A DNA stretch of 64,000 bases from a virus (Duplodnaviria > Heunggongvirae > Uroviricota > Caudoviricetes): positions 16,267-80,266 of IMG/VR virus record IMGVR_UViG_3300031920_000341; one strand, written 5' to 3'. Under the pieces are notes generated by a model. It had not been told where the DNA came from. It did not search any database and was given only the letters and a program-made list of their open reading frames with translations. A program made the position numbers and the translations under genes. Each line of letters begins with the position of its first letter. Position 1 is the stretch's first letter. Below are positions 39,030 to 47,996 of the stretch, piece after piece.

Positions 39030-39482
39030 ATGAGTGATTCAATTGTAAAGAAAGAAAAATCAGGTCTTTTCTCAATGTCAAGTCCAAGTAAAGTTGTTGA
39101 TTTTAATACTTTTAGAAAAGCACCAGAACAATTTATAACAGGTAAAAGTTTAAAAAGCGGTGAAAGTGTTAAAAAAGTAGCTGGAGATAAAGATTATAAA
39201 AAACTTATTAAAAGCGAACTTATGATGGAAGCGTTAAAAGAAGCCGGCGTAAGCGAAGAGCAAACAGCTAAGGTTGTTTCAATTCTTGAGAAAAAAACTC
39301 GTCCAGTTGGTTTAAAACAACGTTTAGATGAGAAGAAAGAAAAAGATGAGAAAGAAGCTAAATTGAAGAAAGACAAAGAAGCTAAATTGAAGAAAGACAA
39401 GAAGGAAAAAGAAGAAAAAGAAGCTAAACTGAAGAAAGACAAAGAAGCTAAACTGAAGAAAGCTAAAGAGGCTAAAAAATAA
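39030..39482 (+). CDS. Lys/Glu-rich hypothetical virion protein
   Basis: ORF after TAAATA; KEAKLKKD repeats. Confidence 0.65.
   Translation: MSDSIVKKEKSGLFSMSSPSKVVDFNTFRKAPEQFITGKSLKSGESVKKVAGDKDYKKLIKSELMMEALKEAGVSEEQTAKVVSILEKKTRPVGLKQRLDEKKEKDEKEAKLKKDKEAKLKKDKKEKEEKEAKLKKDKEAKLKKAKEAKK
39351..39462 (+). repeat. In-frame 24-bp repeats AAAGAAGCTAAA(T/C)TGAAGAAAGAC (~4 copies)
   Basis: Encodes KEAKLKKD x4, as two pairs. Confidence 0.85.
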
Positions 39483-39490
39483 GATACATT

Positions 39491-40084
39491 ATGCCTAAGG
39501 CTAAATTTATTACATTAGATGAATACTTGAATAGTAGTACTGAACCTATTGTTGGTAAAAAACCGATAGATCCAGTGCTGCTAAATGAGATTCTTATGGA
39601 ATCTATTTCAAGTGAAGATTTTGCTAAGGCGCTCGATAGGTTAGTATCTTTAAATTTTTCCACTGGTGCTGTTCAACAGGTTAATGAAGACAGAGGCCGT
39701 TTGAAGCGTTTGGTTGGCAAAGAACCTGATACTTATTTAGACAGTGCCGATACCAAAAAGATTGGTTTAATGATAGCCAATATGGATGGTACAAATAGAC
39801 GTGACTATATGGGTATAATTAATTTCCTTGGTGCATCTTGTAGAATTCATCATGAATTAAAAGAAGCATACATCGAAGAAGTTAGATCACAGCGTCAAGA
39901 TAATAGACAACCTCAATTATCAGATGAAGATTTAGCTGCAATTTCAAAAGCGGAAGCTGCTGGACGTGCACAAGATGATAAACGAGATCAAGAACGTCTT
40001 CAAAAAGAAAAACAACGTGAGTTGCAATCTAAAGGTGTTGGTGATTCAAATGCTCAAGAAGAAACACAATATGGAAGATCGTAA
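39491..40084 (+). CDS. Hypothetical protein, possible internal head protein
   Basis: MPKAKFITLDEYLN leader; LNE and VNE sites. Confidence 0.6.
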   Translation: MPKAKFITLDEYLNSSTEPIVGKKPIDPVLLNEILMESISSEDFAKALDRLVSLNFSTGAVQQVNEDRGRLKRLVGKEPDTYLDSADTKKIGLMIANMDGTNRRDYMGIINFLGASCRIHHELKEAYIEEVRSQRQDNRQPQLSDEDLAAISKAEAAGRAQDDKRDQERLQKEKQRELQSKGVGDSNAQEETQYGRS

Positions 40085-40098
40085 AAAGTTAAAGTAGA

Positions 40099-40647
40099 AT
40101 GAGTGAAACAATGATTACGTTTGAAATGATATTTAATCATAATATAACATTTGATACAAATGGTGAAGATGTTGTATATAATAAAGAAGAACAAGATATT
40201 GTTTTGCGCGAATTTAGTATATTTCCAAGTCTTGATATTAAAAAGATGGAAGTTATCGCTAAATATAATGGAGATGCTACTGAGGCAATAAAGGCTGCTG
40301 TTAAGAAAGTTAGAACACCACCAGGTGGTCCAGTTAGAAAGAATGCAGCAAAACCTGTACAAGTAGTTGGTGAGAAAACTAGTGAAGAGCCAAATATAAA
40401 TAATAAAAAGCGTTCTTTTAATATAATAACAAATAGACTGAAAGTATCAAAACAATTTCCTATTACATCAAATTCGAGTTTTTTTGAATTTGAATTTAAT
40501 CCGAAAGAAATTACTAAGTTTATTAATTATGTTGAAAGTAAAAAGATAAAAATATTTATTGATGGTGAAGAAATAAAACCTAAAAGTGAGATTGATTTTT
40601 TAAAAGAAGTTATTCCTACGGTTCAGGCTAAAATTTACCTTAAATAA
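40099..40647 (+). CDS. Hypothetical protein
   Basis: 182-aa ORF in the late operon. Confidence 0.6.
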   Translation: MSETMITFEMIFNHNITFDTNGEDVVYNKEEQDIVLREFSIFPSLDIKKMEVIAKYNGDATEAIKAAVKKVRTPPGGPVRKNAAKPVQVVGEKTSEEPNINNKKRSFNIITNRLKVSKQFPITSNSSFFEFEFNPKEITKFINYVESKKIKIFIDGEEIKPKSEIDFLKEVIPTVQAKIYLK

Positions 40648-40665
40648 CAAAATAATTAATTAAAC

Positions 40666-41235
40666 ATGGCAAAAGTTACAAGTGGTCTTCCACATTACGA
40701 TAACAGCACAGCAGCAAGAGATAATTTAGAACCTTTATTTCTTAATCAGTTTGAAGTTATAATTACACCACCTCAGATTATATCTGGTGGTAATATTTTA
40801 ACTGAACACGTTAAGAAAGTAACAGGTCTTCCTGAAATCACTCCTACTGGATTTGTTGAACAATTCTATAAATTCGCGAAACGTACATATGCTGATGCAC
40901 GTCCTGAGGATACTACTGCAGAATTAACAATTGATTTTGAAATAAACCTTAGTGAAACTAATTCAATGTATATTTATAATACATTAAGATCATGGGCAGA
41001 TTTACAATATAATCCCATGACTGGTGGACAGGGTCTTAAACGTGATTATGCTGGAGCACTTTCAGTATTAATACACAATAAGGCATTGGACCTTTATCGT
41101 GAATTTAGATTTACTCCAGTATATCTTATTGATGGATTTAATGCAATGGAATTAGATTATGTTTCAAATGAAATTTATATAATGACTGTTAAATTCAAAG
41201 CTGATTCTTGGAAAGAAATGAGAAAAGAAGGTTAA
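40666..41235 (+). CDS. Tail tube protein (gp19-like)
   Basis: NQFEVII.PP, LTIDF, LRSWADLQYNPMTG...KRDYAG, LDY, MTVKFKAD.W. Confidence 0.85.
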   Translation: MAKVTSGLPHYDNSTAARDNLEPLFLNQFEVIITPPQIISGGNILTEHVKKVTGLPEITPTGFVEQFYKFAKRTYADARPEDTTAELTIDFEINLSETNSMYIYNTLRSWADLQYNPMTGGQGLKRDYAGALSVLIHNKALDLYREFRFTPVYLIDGFNAMELDYVSNEIYIMTVKFKADSWKEMRKEG

Positions 41236-41249
41236 AAACATATTGAATT

Positions 41250-41552
41250 ATGAATAATTTTAATTTTGATGAAATAAATGAAATGGAAATGTTTAATATT
41301 AAAAGGCGTGATATTATTTCATTTAAAGAATTCAGTAAATCATATGATAATGTAACTAAAATTACAAAACCAGGTGATAAGAAAGCTGTGCTTAAGCCAT
41401 GGATACATGAAATAAAAAGGCTTGATATGTTTAGTCATGAAGCATTTGATCCAACCTATGATATGCTTGATAAAGCAAAAGGTAAGAAACCATCTAGTGA
41501 AACTAATCGAGCAAATGGTCTTTTATATACTCAGAGCCCTCCTCAAAGTTAA
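41250..41552 (+). CDS. Hypothetical protein
   Basis: 100-aa ORF; INE and IISFKEF motifs. Confidence 0.55.
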   Translation: MNNFNFDEINEMEMFNIKRRDIISFKEFSKSYDNVTKITKPGDKKAVLKPWIHEIKRLDMFSHEAFDPTYDMLDKAKGKKPSSETNRANGLLYTQSPPQS

Positions 41553-41958
41553 TTAAATGTAAATCTGGAACACTATATTTTAAAGGAAGATGCGAAAGCT
41601 CTTCCTTTTCGTTTATAACAATAAATGTAAAATTAATTAATTTATAATTGGCCTTTAGAAATTCTATAGTATTTATAATACCAGACGTACTCATATTACT
41701 ACTTACATAGATTATACGATTATATTTCTTATTAGCAATAGAGATTGCTTTATCCAATAGTTTCTTTATTTCAAAGTTTAAAAGAAAAGCTTGAATGTTA
41801 TTTAATATAAAACATTCATCTTCAAATTTTTCTTTTATTATTCTATCTATGTTGAGAACATAGTCATTTTTCTTTTTCTTATTTTTACGATTAAAAAATA
41901 ATTTACTGTTCTTTACAAAAAATATATTAATTCCTCTCGACTCATTAAGATCTAGCAT
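41503..41958 (-). CDS. Hypothetical protein
   Basis: 151-aa ORF coupled to the kinase gene. Confidence 0.55.
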   Translation of the reverse strand: MLDLNESRGINIFFVKNSKLFFNRKNKKKKNDYVLNIDRIIKEKFEDECFILNNIQAFLLNFEIKKLLDKAISIANKKYNRIIYVSSNMSTSGIINTIEFLKANYKLINFTFIVINEKEELSHLPLKYSVPDLHLINFEEGSEYIKDHLLD

Positions 41959-42451
41959 CTATTTCTTTATTATTTTTTAACCAAAAATCAACAACCTGTT
42001 GTGCAGCATTATTATCAAATGGGTCTACTATAACTTTAGGTATATTAATTGTATCATATACCTGATCATACTTAGATATTGTTTTTAGATTATCTTCTTC
42101 TGTATAATCCTCATCACGATCTTCCCATTTATAATTCTTACGTTTACATAATACTAATATATATCCACATCTATTTAAAAAGTCCTCAATGTGTAACTTT
42201 ATTAAATTTGTAATACCAGTTCCATTACGAAAAATATCACCATAAACAATCTCTGACATATAAGACCTATCAAATATAATAGGTTGAAAATCATTCTTCT
42301 GTATATCTTTTATGTATTCATTAGAAAAGTCAGTATGCTTATCAGGAATACCAAAATGCATAATTGGCATATTAATCATTTCCTGTACTTTCTTAGCTAA
42401 TGTTGTTTTACCGGATTGATCCGATCCTTCGAATATTATTCCACCTATCAT
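41945..42451 (-). CDS. Thymidylate/dNMP kinase
   Basis: IIFEGSDQSGKTT P-loop; IFDRSYMSEIVYG. Confidence 0.88.
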   Translation of the reverse strand: MIGGIIFEGSDQSGKTTLAKKVQEMINMPIMHFGIPDKHTDFSNEYIKDIQKNDFQPIIFDRSYMSEIVYGDIFRNGTGITNLIKLHIEDFLNRCGYILVLCKRKNYKWEDRDEDYTEEDNLKTISKYDQVYDTINIPKVIVDPFDNNAAQQVVDFWLKNNKEIDARS

Positions 42452-42456
42452 AATTG

Positions 42457-42771
42457 CTATTTTTTTATTAATTCTGAAGTTTGAAAACTTACTGGCATTA
42501 CTAATGGCATTCCAAAAATGTCACTATCGTAACTAGATGTAGATATTCTAATTTTACCACTCTTATCATTTGTTTGGAATTTAAAATTAGTTAACACATC
42601 ACCGATATTAACACTTTCAAATTTTTCGCCTTTGGTTATCCTATATCCACATTGTTCTATAGTATCCATATTTTCAACAATAGCTACTTTGTAGTCTGGA
42701 AATTGTTTTCCATTTCTTGTTAAGAGTGATGGTTTAAACTTGTTTTTTAATGCTTTAATTTCTACGTTCAT
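42457..42771 (-). CDS. Hypothetical protein
   Basis: 104-aa ORF in operon. Confidence 0.6.
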   Translation of the reverse strand: MNVEIKALKNKFKPSLLTRNGKQFPDYKVAIVENMDTIEQCGYRITKGEKFESVNIGDVLTNFKFQTNDKSGKIRISTSSYDSDIFGMPLVMPVSFQTSELIKK

Positions 42772-42778
42772 TGTTAAT

Positions 42779-45253
42779 TTATTTTAATTGATTTATATCT
42801 GAAAAATTACCATCAAATACTGGTTCATAAATTTTATCGAAATACTCAAATGGAACATCCATATGAGAAATAACAAATATCGACATATCATATTTTATAG
42901 AGAAATCCTTTAAAAGTTTTACCGTAAGCGCAGTATTTTTTTTATCAAGTGAATAAAATATCTCATCCAAGAACAATATATTAGTATATGGATTCCTCAT
43001 TTTAATCAATGGAATGAATGCTAACGCTGCCATTATATCAATTTCTTTTTTCTCACCTGCTGATAAAGTATCTAATCCAATGGATTCATTATTATCTGTT
43101 ACGATTGGATTAAAATTATCATCAAAGTAAAAACTATACCTAAAATTCAATTGAGTATGTACATCATGAATGTTTTGATTAAGTATTGGAATAAATTTTT
43201 GCATAAAATCACGCTTTAAACCATCTTCGCCAATTAACTTATCGACTGCTTTGTATAAACCTAAAGTATAATCAGCATTATCTCTATTCTCAATAGATTT
43301 ATTATAATCAATTTCAAGAATTTCAACATTATCTCTCATTCCTTTTAATATTAAAGCTGCTTGATCATCTGTTGATGCTTTTGTTATTTCTTCTTTTTTG
43401 TTTAAAAATTGTGATTGTAATACTTTAACACTTGTTGCTTTTTCATTATATTCATGTAATTTTTCATTATACAAACAGATATTAGTATCTCTTTCATTGG
43501 TTTTCTGCTCATTAAGTATTTTTAAATCATTTATCTGTTTTTCTATTGAATCTTTTAATTTTTGTGTTTCTGTTTGAAATTTATTTTTTAGATTAAATTC
43601 TTTATCGGAATATTCAGAAACAATATCTTCTTTTTTTACTTCATATTCTAAAATAAGCGTGTTGTTTATTTTATCAATTTCTTCTTCTATTTTTGTATAT
43701 TCATTTTTTATTGTTTCTTTCTCTAAAAGATATAATTCTTGTAATTGTTGCTTATTTTCATCAAGTTCAGTATTTCTTTTTTGTAATTGATTATTTCTTA
43801 TCTGAGTTTCCTTTACTTGGAGCTCGATAATGGTTTTTTCGAATGTAGAAGAGTTTGTATAGATTTCATTATACCGGGTTTTTTCTTTTTCGAAGTTTGA
43901 TTTTGCTGTACTTCGTTTTTTTTCGATTTTATCATATTCTATTAAATAATTTTCATTTTTATGCACATGATCTCCTGCTGTTAAATCGGTTTCACATTCT
44001 GGACACTTACCTAATTTATATAAATCAATTTTCTTTTGAATATTAATTAAATCATTATTTAAATCAATTGCTAATTTATAATGATCAGTTTTTAATTTTT
44101 CTGACTCTTTAAGTTGTTTTGTAAAATTTGTACGCGTTACTTCAGCCTCTTTTAGCGTTACTTCAGTTTCCTTTGCTGTTATTTTGGCTATTTTATCATG
44201 TTTGACATTTATCTTTGCTATTTTATCATTTTCTAATATTGTATGCTTTTCAAATCCCTCATCACTTAATTTATTTAATTTAGTATTTTTTTCATTTAAT
44301 GGTTTTAATAATTCAGTTTGTTTTTGAATTCGTTCATTATTAAGGTTAGTAAATAAATCAATTCTTTCAGAATTTAATACATTTAATTCTGAAGTTAGCT
44401 TAGATTCTTGTTTATTATCAATAGAAATGAGTTCCATTGATAATTCCAGCGATGGGGTTGAAATTTGGTCTCGTATGGTGACATTTAACGCATCTATTTC
44501 GGTTTTCAATGAAGATGTGCTATTCTCTAATAAAACGTGCTCACTTGTCGCGATATGTACCTTATTTTCAATATCAGCCAATGCGCTCTTCAATAATATT
44601 AGAGTAGAGTCCTTTTTTTGAGTAGACGTTACAGTTAACTCTGAAATTTTGAGTTTTTGCTGCTCAATTATTGAATTTTTAGTATTTACTTCATTATCGA
44701 ATAATATGTATTCATCTTGTGGTTCTCTTCTTTTTTCATTAAGTTCCTTTTTCATTACATTGAAAATATCAATGCCAAAAATCCTGTCAACAATTTTTCT
44801 TTTGCTTGCCGCATTCATATCGGCAAAAGATTCAAAGTCATTAATTGATAAAAGCAATGTATTTGAAAATACGTCAAATGGAATTCCAATTAATTCATTT
44901 TCTAACATATTTTTAATCACATTCTTATCATTTACTGTTTTATCTATACCATCGACTTCAATATTAAAAAAATCAGGTTTTATTCCACGATGTGTTTTAA
45001 CAATACGGTTATCTTCTGTTACAAATGTACTAAATGCTTCACCTGCTTTATTTTTTCTATTAACAAACCCAGAAATCTTTCTTTTTCTAAGTTTACCATA
45101 ATTGGCAAATGTAATAACATCACTTATTGACGTTTTACCTGAACCGTTTTCACCTATTATTAAAATAAGTTCAGGATCATCAGATAATGTAAAAGTGTGT
45201 AGCTTATTACCATATGATGTAATATTTCTAAATCCAAATTCTTTTAATTTCAT
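42779..45253 (-). CDS. Recombination endonuclease ATPase subunit (gp46/SbcC/Rad50-like)
   Basis: GENGSGKT Walker A, CPEC zinc hook, LSAGE signature, LFLDE Walker B, ISH. Confidence 0.95.
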   Translation of the reverse strand: MKLKEFGFRNITSYGNKLHTFTLSDDPELILIIGENGSGKTSISDVITFANYGKLRKRKISGFVNRKNKAGEAFSTFVTEDNRIVKTHRGIKPDFFNIEVDGIDKTVNDKNVIKNMLENELIGIPFDVFSNTLLLSINDFESFADMNAASKRKIVDRIFGIDIFNVMKKELNEKRREPQDEYILFDNEVNTKNSIIEQQKLKISELTVTSTQKKDSTLILLKSALADIENKVHIATSEHVLLENSTSSLKTEIDALNVTIRDQISTPSLELSMELISIDNKQESKLTSELNVLNSERIDLFTNLNNERIQKQTELLKPLNEKNTKLNKLSDEGFEKHTILENDKIAKINVKHDKIAKITAKETEVTLKEAEVTRTNFTKQLKESEKLKTDHYKLAIDLNNDLINIQKKIDLYKLGKCPECETDLTAGDHVHKNENYLIEYDKIEKKRSTAKSNFEKEKTRYNEIYTNSSTFEKTIIELQVKETQIRNNQLQKRNTELDENKQQLQELYLLEKETIKNEYTKIEEEIDKINNTLILEYEVKKEDIVSEYSDKEFNLKNKFQTETQKLKDSIEKQINDLKILNEQKTNERDTNICLYNEKLHEYNEKATSVKVLQSQFLNKKEEITKASTDDQAALILKGMRDNVEILEIDYNKSIENRDNADYTLGLYKAVDKLIGEDGLKRDFMQKFIPILNQNIHDVHTQLNFRYSFYFDDNFNPIVTDNNESIGLDTLSAGEKKEIDIMAALAFIPLIKMRNPYTNILFLDEIFYSLDKKNTALTVKLLKDFSIKYDMSIFVISHMDVPFEYFDKIYEPVFDGNFSDINQLK

Positions 45254-45603
45254 ATTTGTATTATATTAATTTCATGTTCGGGTTTAAATTTAGTATGCTT
45301 TGTGTATATCATTCCAAAATCATGGTTTTTATCTTCTTCCATATTAATTTCTTTATTGCTTTTCATTATTATGATATTATCATAGTAATCAGAATATGTA
45401 ACATTACCAATAAAATTTAATTTAAACTTTTTAATTGCATCATAAATTGGTTTACCTAATTTTCCTCTTATTGTAATATCATCTGGTAAACTACCATATA
45501 TCTTTTGAAACATATCCATCTCTCGTAAAAAATCACGAGTAATTCTAAGTTTACGTTCTACTTCTGTTTCCCAGTCATATATGTAAAATGTACTTGATTG
45601 CAT
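45250..45603 (-). CDS. Hypothetical protein
   Basis: Overlap-coupled ORF between gp47-like and gp46-like genes. Confidence 0.6.
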   Translation of the reverse strand: MQSSTFYIYDWETEVERKLRITRDFLREMDMFQKIYGSLPDDITIRGKLGKPIYDAIKKFKLNFIGNVTYSDYYDNIIIMKSNKEINMEEDKNHDFGMIYTKHTKFKPEHEINIIQI

Positions 45604-46217
45604 TAGTCATTTAATTTTCCACTACTTGAGAATGTTTTAACTGCCATCATTCCTTTTTTCTTTTCCCATAATGCTCTTTGTTGCCAATTACATTCTTCAT
45701 AATCAATATTTGGATCTAATTGAATATGCGACCAATATATAAATCCTTCTGCACTATTGCCATTTGGAAATAATAATACACCTGGTTTAAAATTATGTGG
45801 TGTAAAATCCTTTACTTTAATTTGTGTATCTCCTTCTTTTGTAAAGAATGATGAATCAATAACCTCAGAATTTTTAATAACAGATTTAAATTTAATATTT
45901 ATAATTTGTTCATATATCTTTGGTTTATCTTTATCTTTGATATTTACTGTACGGGTAATTTTAATAAATGATTGTAAGCTATTATTAGACAATGTTTCAA
46001 ATTGCATTGTTTTCATCATATTATTATTTTTAAAAACAGGTAATAGGAAATGAATGTCATTACCATGAAATTCACAAGTATCAGCAGGTCCAAGTTTGGA
46101 TTCCATGAAGATTCTATTTGATGCTAACATTACTATTGTAATAAGAGCACGCTTATCTTCAGGAGAAATAGTATTGTCATTATTTAATGTTATTTTTATT
46201 TCTTGTAAATTATTCAT
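45603..46217 (-). CDS. Hypothetical protein
   Basis: Overlap-coupled ORF between gp47-like and gp46-like genes. Confidence 0.6.
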   Translation of the reverse strand: MNNLQEIKITLNNDNTISPEDKRALITIVMLASNRIFMESKLGPADTCEFHGNDIHFLLPVFKNNNMMKTMQFETLSNNSLQSFIKITRTVNIKDKDKPKIYEQIINIKFKSVIKNSEVIDSSFFTKEGDTQIKVKDFTPHNFKPGVLLFPNGNSAEGFIYWSHIQLDPNIDYEECNWQQRALWEKKKGMMAVKTFSSSGKLND

Positions 46218-47304
46218 TATTAATTCTTGTTTTTTCTAAAGATGAATTATATATTTCATTAAATAATTCCATTATATCATTAATTTCATTTGGTTGATAT
46301 ATTCCATTGCCGCTAAGATTACCTTTTGCTAATGCTTGTATATCTAAATTAAATTTAAGAATGGTTGGTGTACTACCAGCGACATCAGGAAATGGATCAA
46401 AATCAAATTTATGTAATGTTCCTACTAATTCTTTGATATAATTCTTAACATCATCCTTTTGTATATGTTGTATAACAGAATTAGGGCCTTTAACTTTTAT
46501 AAATGAATTATAACAAATATCTTTTAATTGAGCATCTGTCATTTCAAGTAAATCAAATATATCAATATACTTAAATTCCGGAGATTTATCATTCCTAACA
46601 AAATCCATTTTCATATTAGGCATATCAAGTGTATATAGACCTTTTTTCTGTCCAATATCACCAAAATCTAAATGATATGGTGTTCCTAAGTAAATAAAAT
46701 TATCTTTTACTTGTGGTTTGTGAATATGACCTGAAATTACAATTTCATATTTTTTTAATATAGAAAAATCAATACCTTTTTGTATTGGATAACCATTATC
46801 ATAACTCATGCCAGCAACATCAAAATGAGAAAATACCATATCGGCTTTTCCTACATTATCTTCAAGTAATGTCATGATTTCATTAAAATCAGTTATCCAA
46901 GGAATAATTAATAATTTTTTATCGTTTATTCCTATAATTTCTGGTTTATTAAATACATGTACATTGGGAGTATTATATAAAATTTTTAATGAATGAATTT
47001 CATTGTTATCTGTATAATATGTGTCATGGTTTCCAATAAGAACATATACTGGAATTAATTTTGCTAACTCATAAAACAAATCCATTACATTATTGAATAT
47101 ATTTACATTAATTTGGTGTTTGGTTTCAAATATGTCACCAAATTGAAATAATATATCACCTGGCTGTACTGTTTCCTTAATATAAGGTATCAGAATGTCA
47201 TTAAAAAATCTTTTCTGGTGATTAAGCCAAACGATTGAATTTGCATCTACACCAAAGTGTAAATCACCAACCAAATATATTTTACCTACTTTGTTTATTT
47301 GCAT
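46210..47304 (-). CDS. Recombination endonuclease nuclease subunit (gp47/SbcD/Mre11-like)
   Basis: GDLHFG, GDIFE, GNHD, FSH, SGHIH, YLGTPY..DFGD. Confidence 0.95.
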   Translation of the reverse strand: MQINKVGKIYLVGDLHFGVDANSIVWLNHQKRFFNDILIPYIKETVQPGDILFQFGDIFETKHQINVNIFNNVMDLFYELAKLIPVYVLIGNHDTYYTDNNEIHSLKILYNTPNVHVFNKPEIIGINDKKLLIIPWITDFNEIMTLLEDNVGKADMVFSHFDVAGMSYDNGYPIQKGIDFSILKKYEIVISGHIHKPQVKDNFIYLGTPYHLDFGDIGQKKGLYTLDMPNMKMDFVRNDKSPEFKYIDIFDLLEMTDAQLKDICYNSFIKVKGPNSVIQHIQKDDVKNYIKELVGTLHKFDFDPFPDVAGSTPTILKFNLDIQALAKGNLSGNGIYQPNEINDIMELFNEIYNSSLEKTRINNE

Positions 47305-47329
47305 GTTAATTTATTTGTTCACTTGCATA

Positions 47330-47509
47330 TTATATAATATTAGTTAATGTTTCTCCATCAATTTCATATGTTTCAATGTAATCACCAGTATCCCATTCTT
47401 TGTATACTTCAATTACAGGAACAATAAGATTACCTATTTCCTTTTTAGTGAAAAAACCTATTACCCATTTTTTATTGTCTAACCTTCGTGCTTTAAATTT
47501 TACATTCAT
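47330..47509 (-). CDS. Small YopX-like protein (59 aa)
   Basis: Below the ORF-track cutoff. MNVKFKARRLDNKKWVIGF...TYEIDGETL resembles YopX N-termini and fills the gap. Confidence 0.6.
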   Translation of the reverse strand: MNVKFKARRLDNKKWVIGFFTKKEIGNLIVPVIEVYKEWDTGDYIETYEIDGETLTNII

Positions 47510-47513
47510 GATT

Positions 47514-47996
47514 TTAAAACATTTTACTTGTTTTTCCTAATATATTTATAGACTTATCTAATTCACTAACAAGTTCTGATTTATATTCAAACTTAAGAAA
47601 ATCAAATAGTGTTTTTGTTTTTATTCCTGTTAAACTTGATAATATATCAAATAAATATATTACATTAAACATATAACGATTACTTGGATCTTCTAAAAAT
47701 ATTACTTTCATTTTACCAAAGATCTCATTTAATACTTCTTTGTTAAATTTCTTTTTTACTTCTACATTAAATTTCTCTTTAAAATAATTATCGGTTTTAA
47801 TTTTTTCAATAATTACACGTTCCATATATGAATAAACTGTATGATTATCAAAATCATCAAGTTGACTAATTCCACCGCCAATTTCCGCCTTATTAATTTT
47901 TATTTCTCTAGTCGCAGTAAAGTCTTCTTTTAAATTTGTACCAACGTGATAACTATTATTAAATATTTTATCAACACGTCTTTTTTTATCTGCCAT
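47514..47996 (-). CDS. Hypothetical protein
   Basis: 160-aa ORF coupled to the helicase stop. Confidence 0.65.
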   Translation of the reverse strand: MADKKRRVDKIFNNSYHVGTNLKEDFTATREIKINKAEIGGGISQLDDFDNHTVYSYMERVIIEKIKTDNYFKEKFNVEVKKKFNKEVLNEIFGKMKVIFLEDPSNRYMFNVIYLFDILSSLTGIKTKTLFDFLKFEYKSELVSELDKSINILGKTSKMF

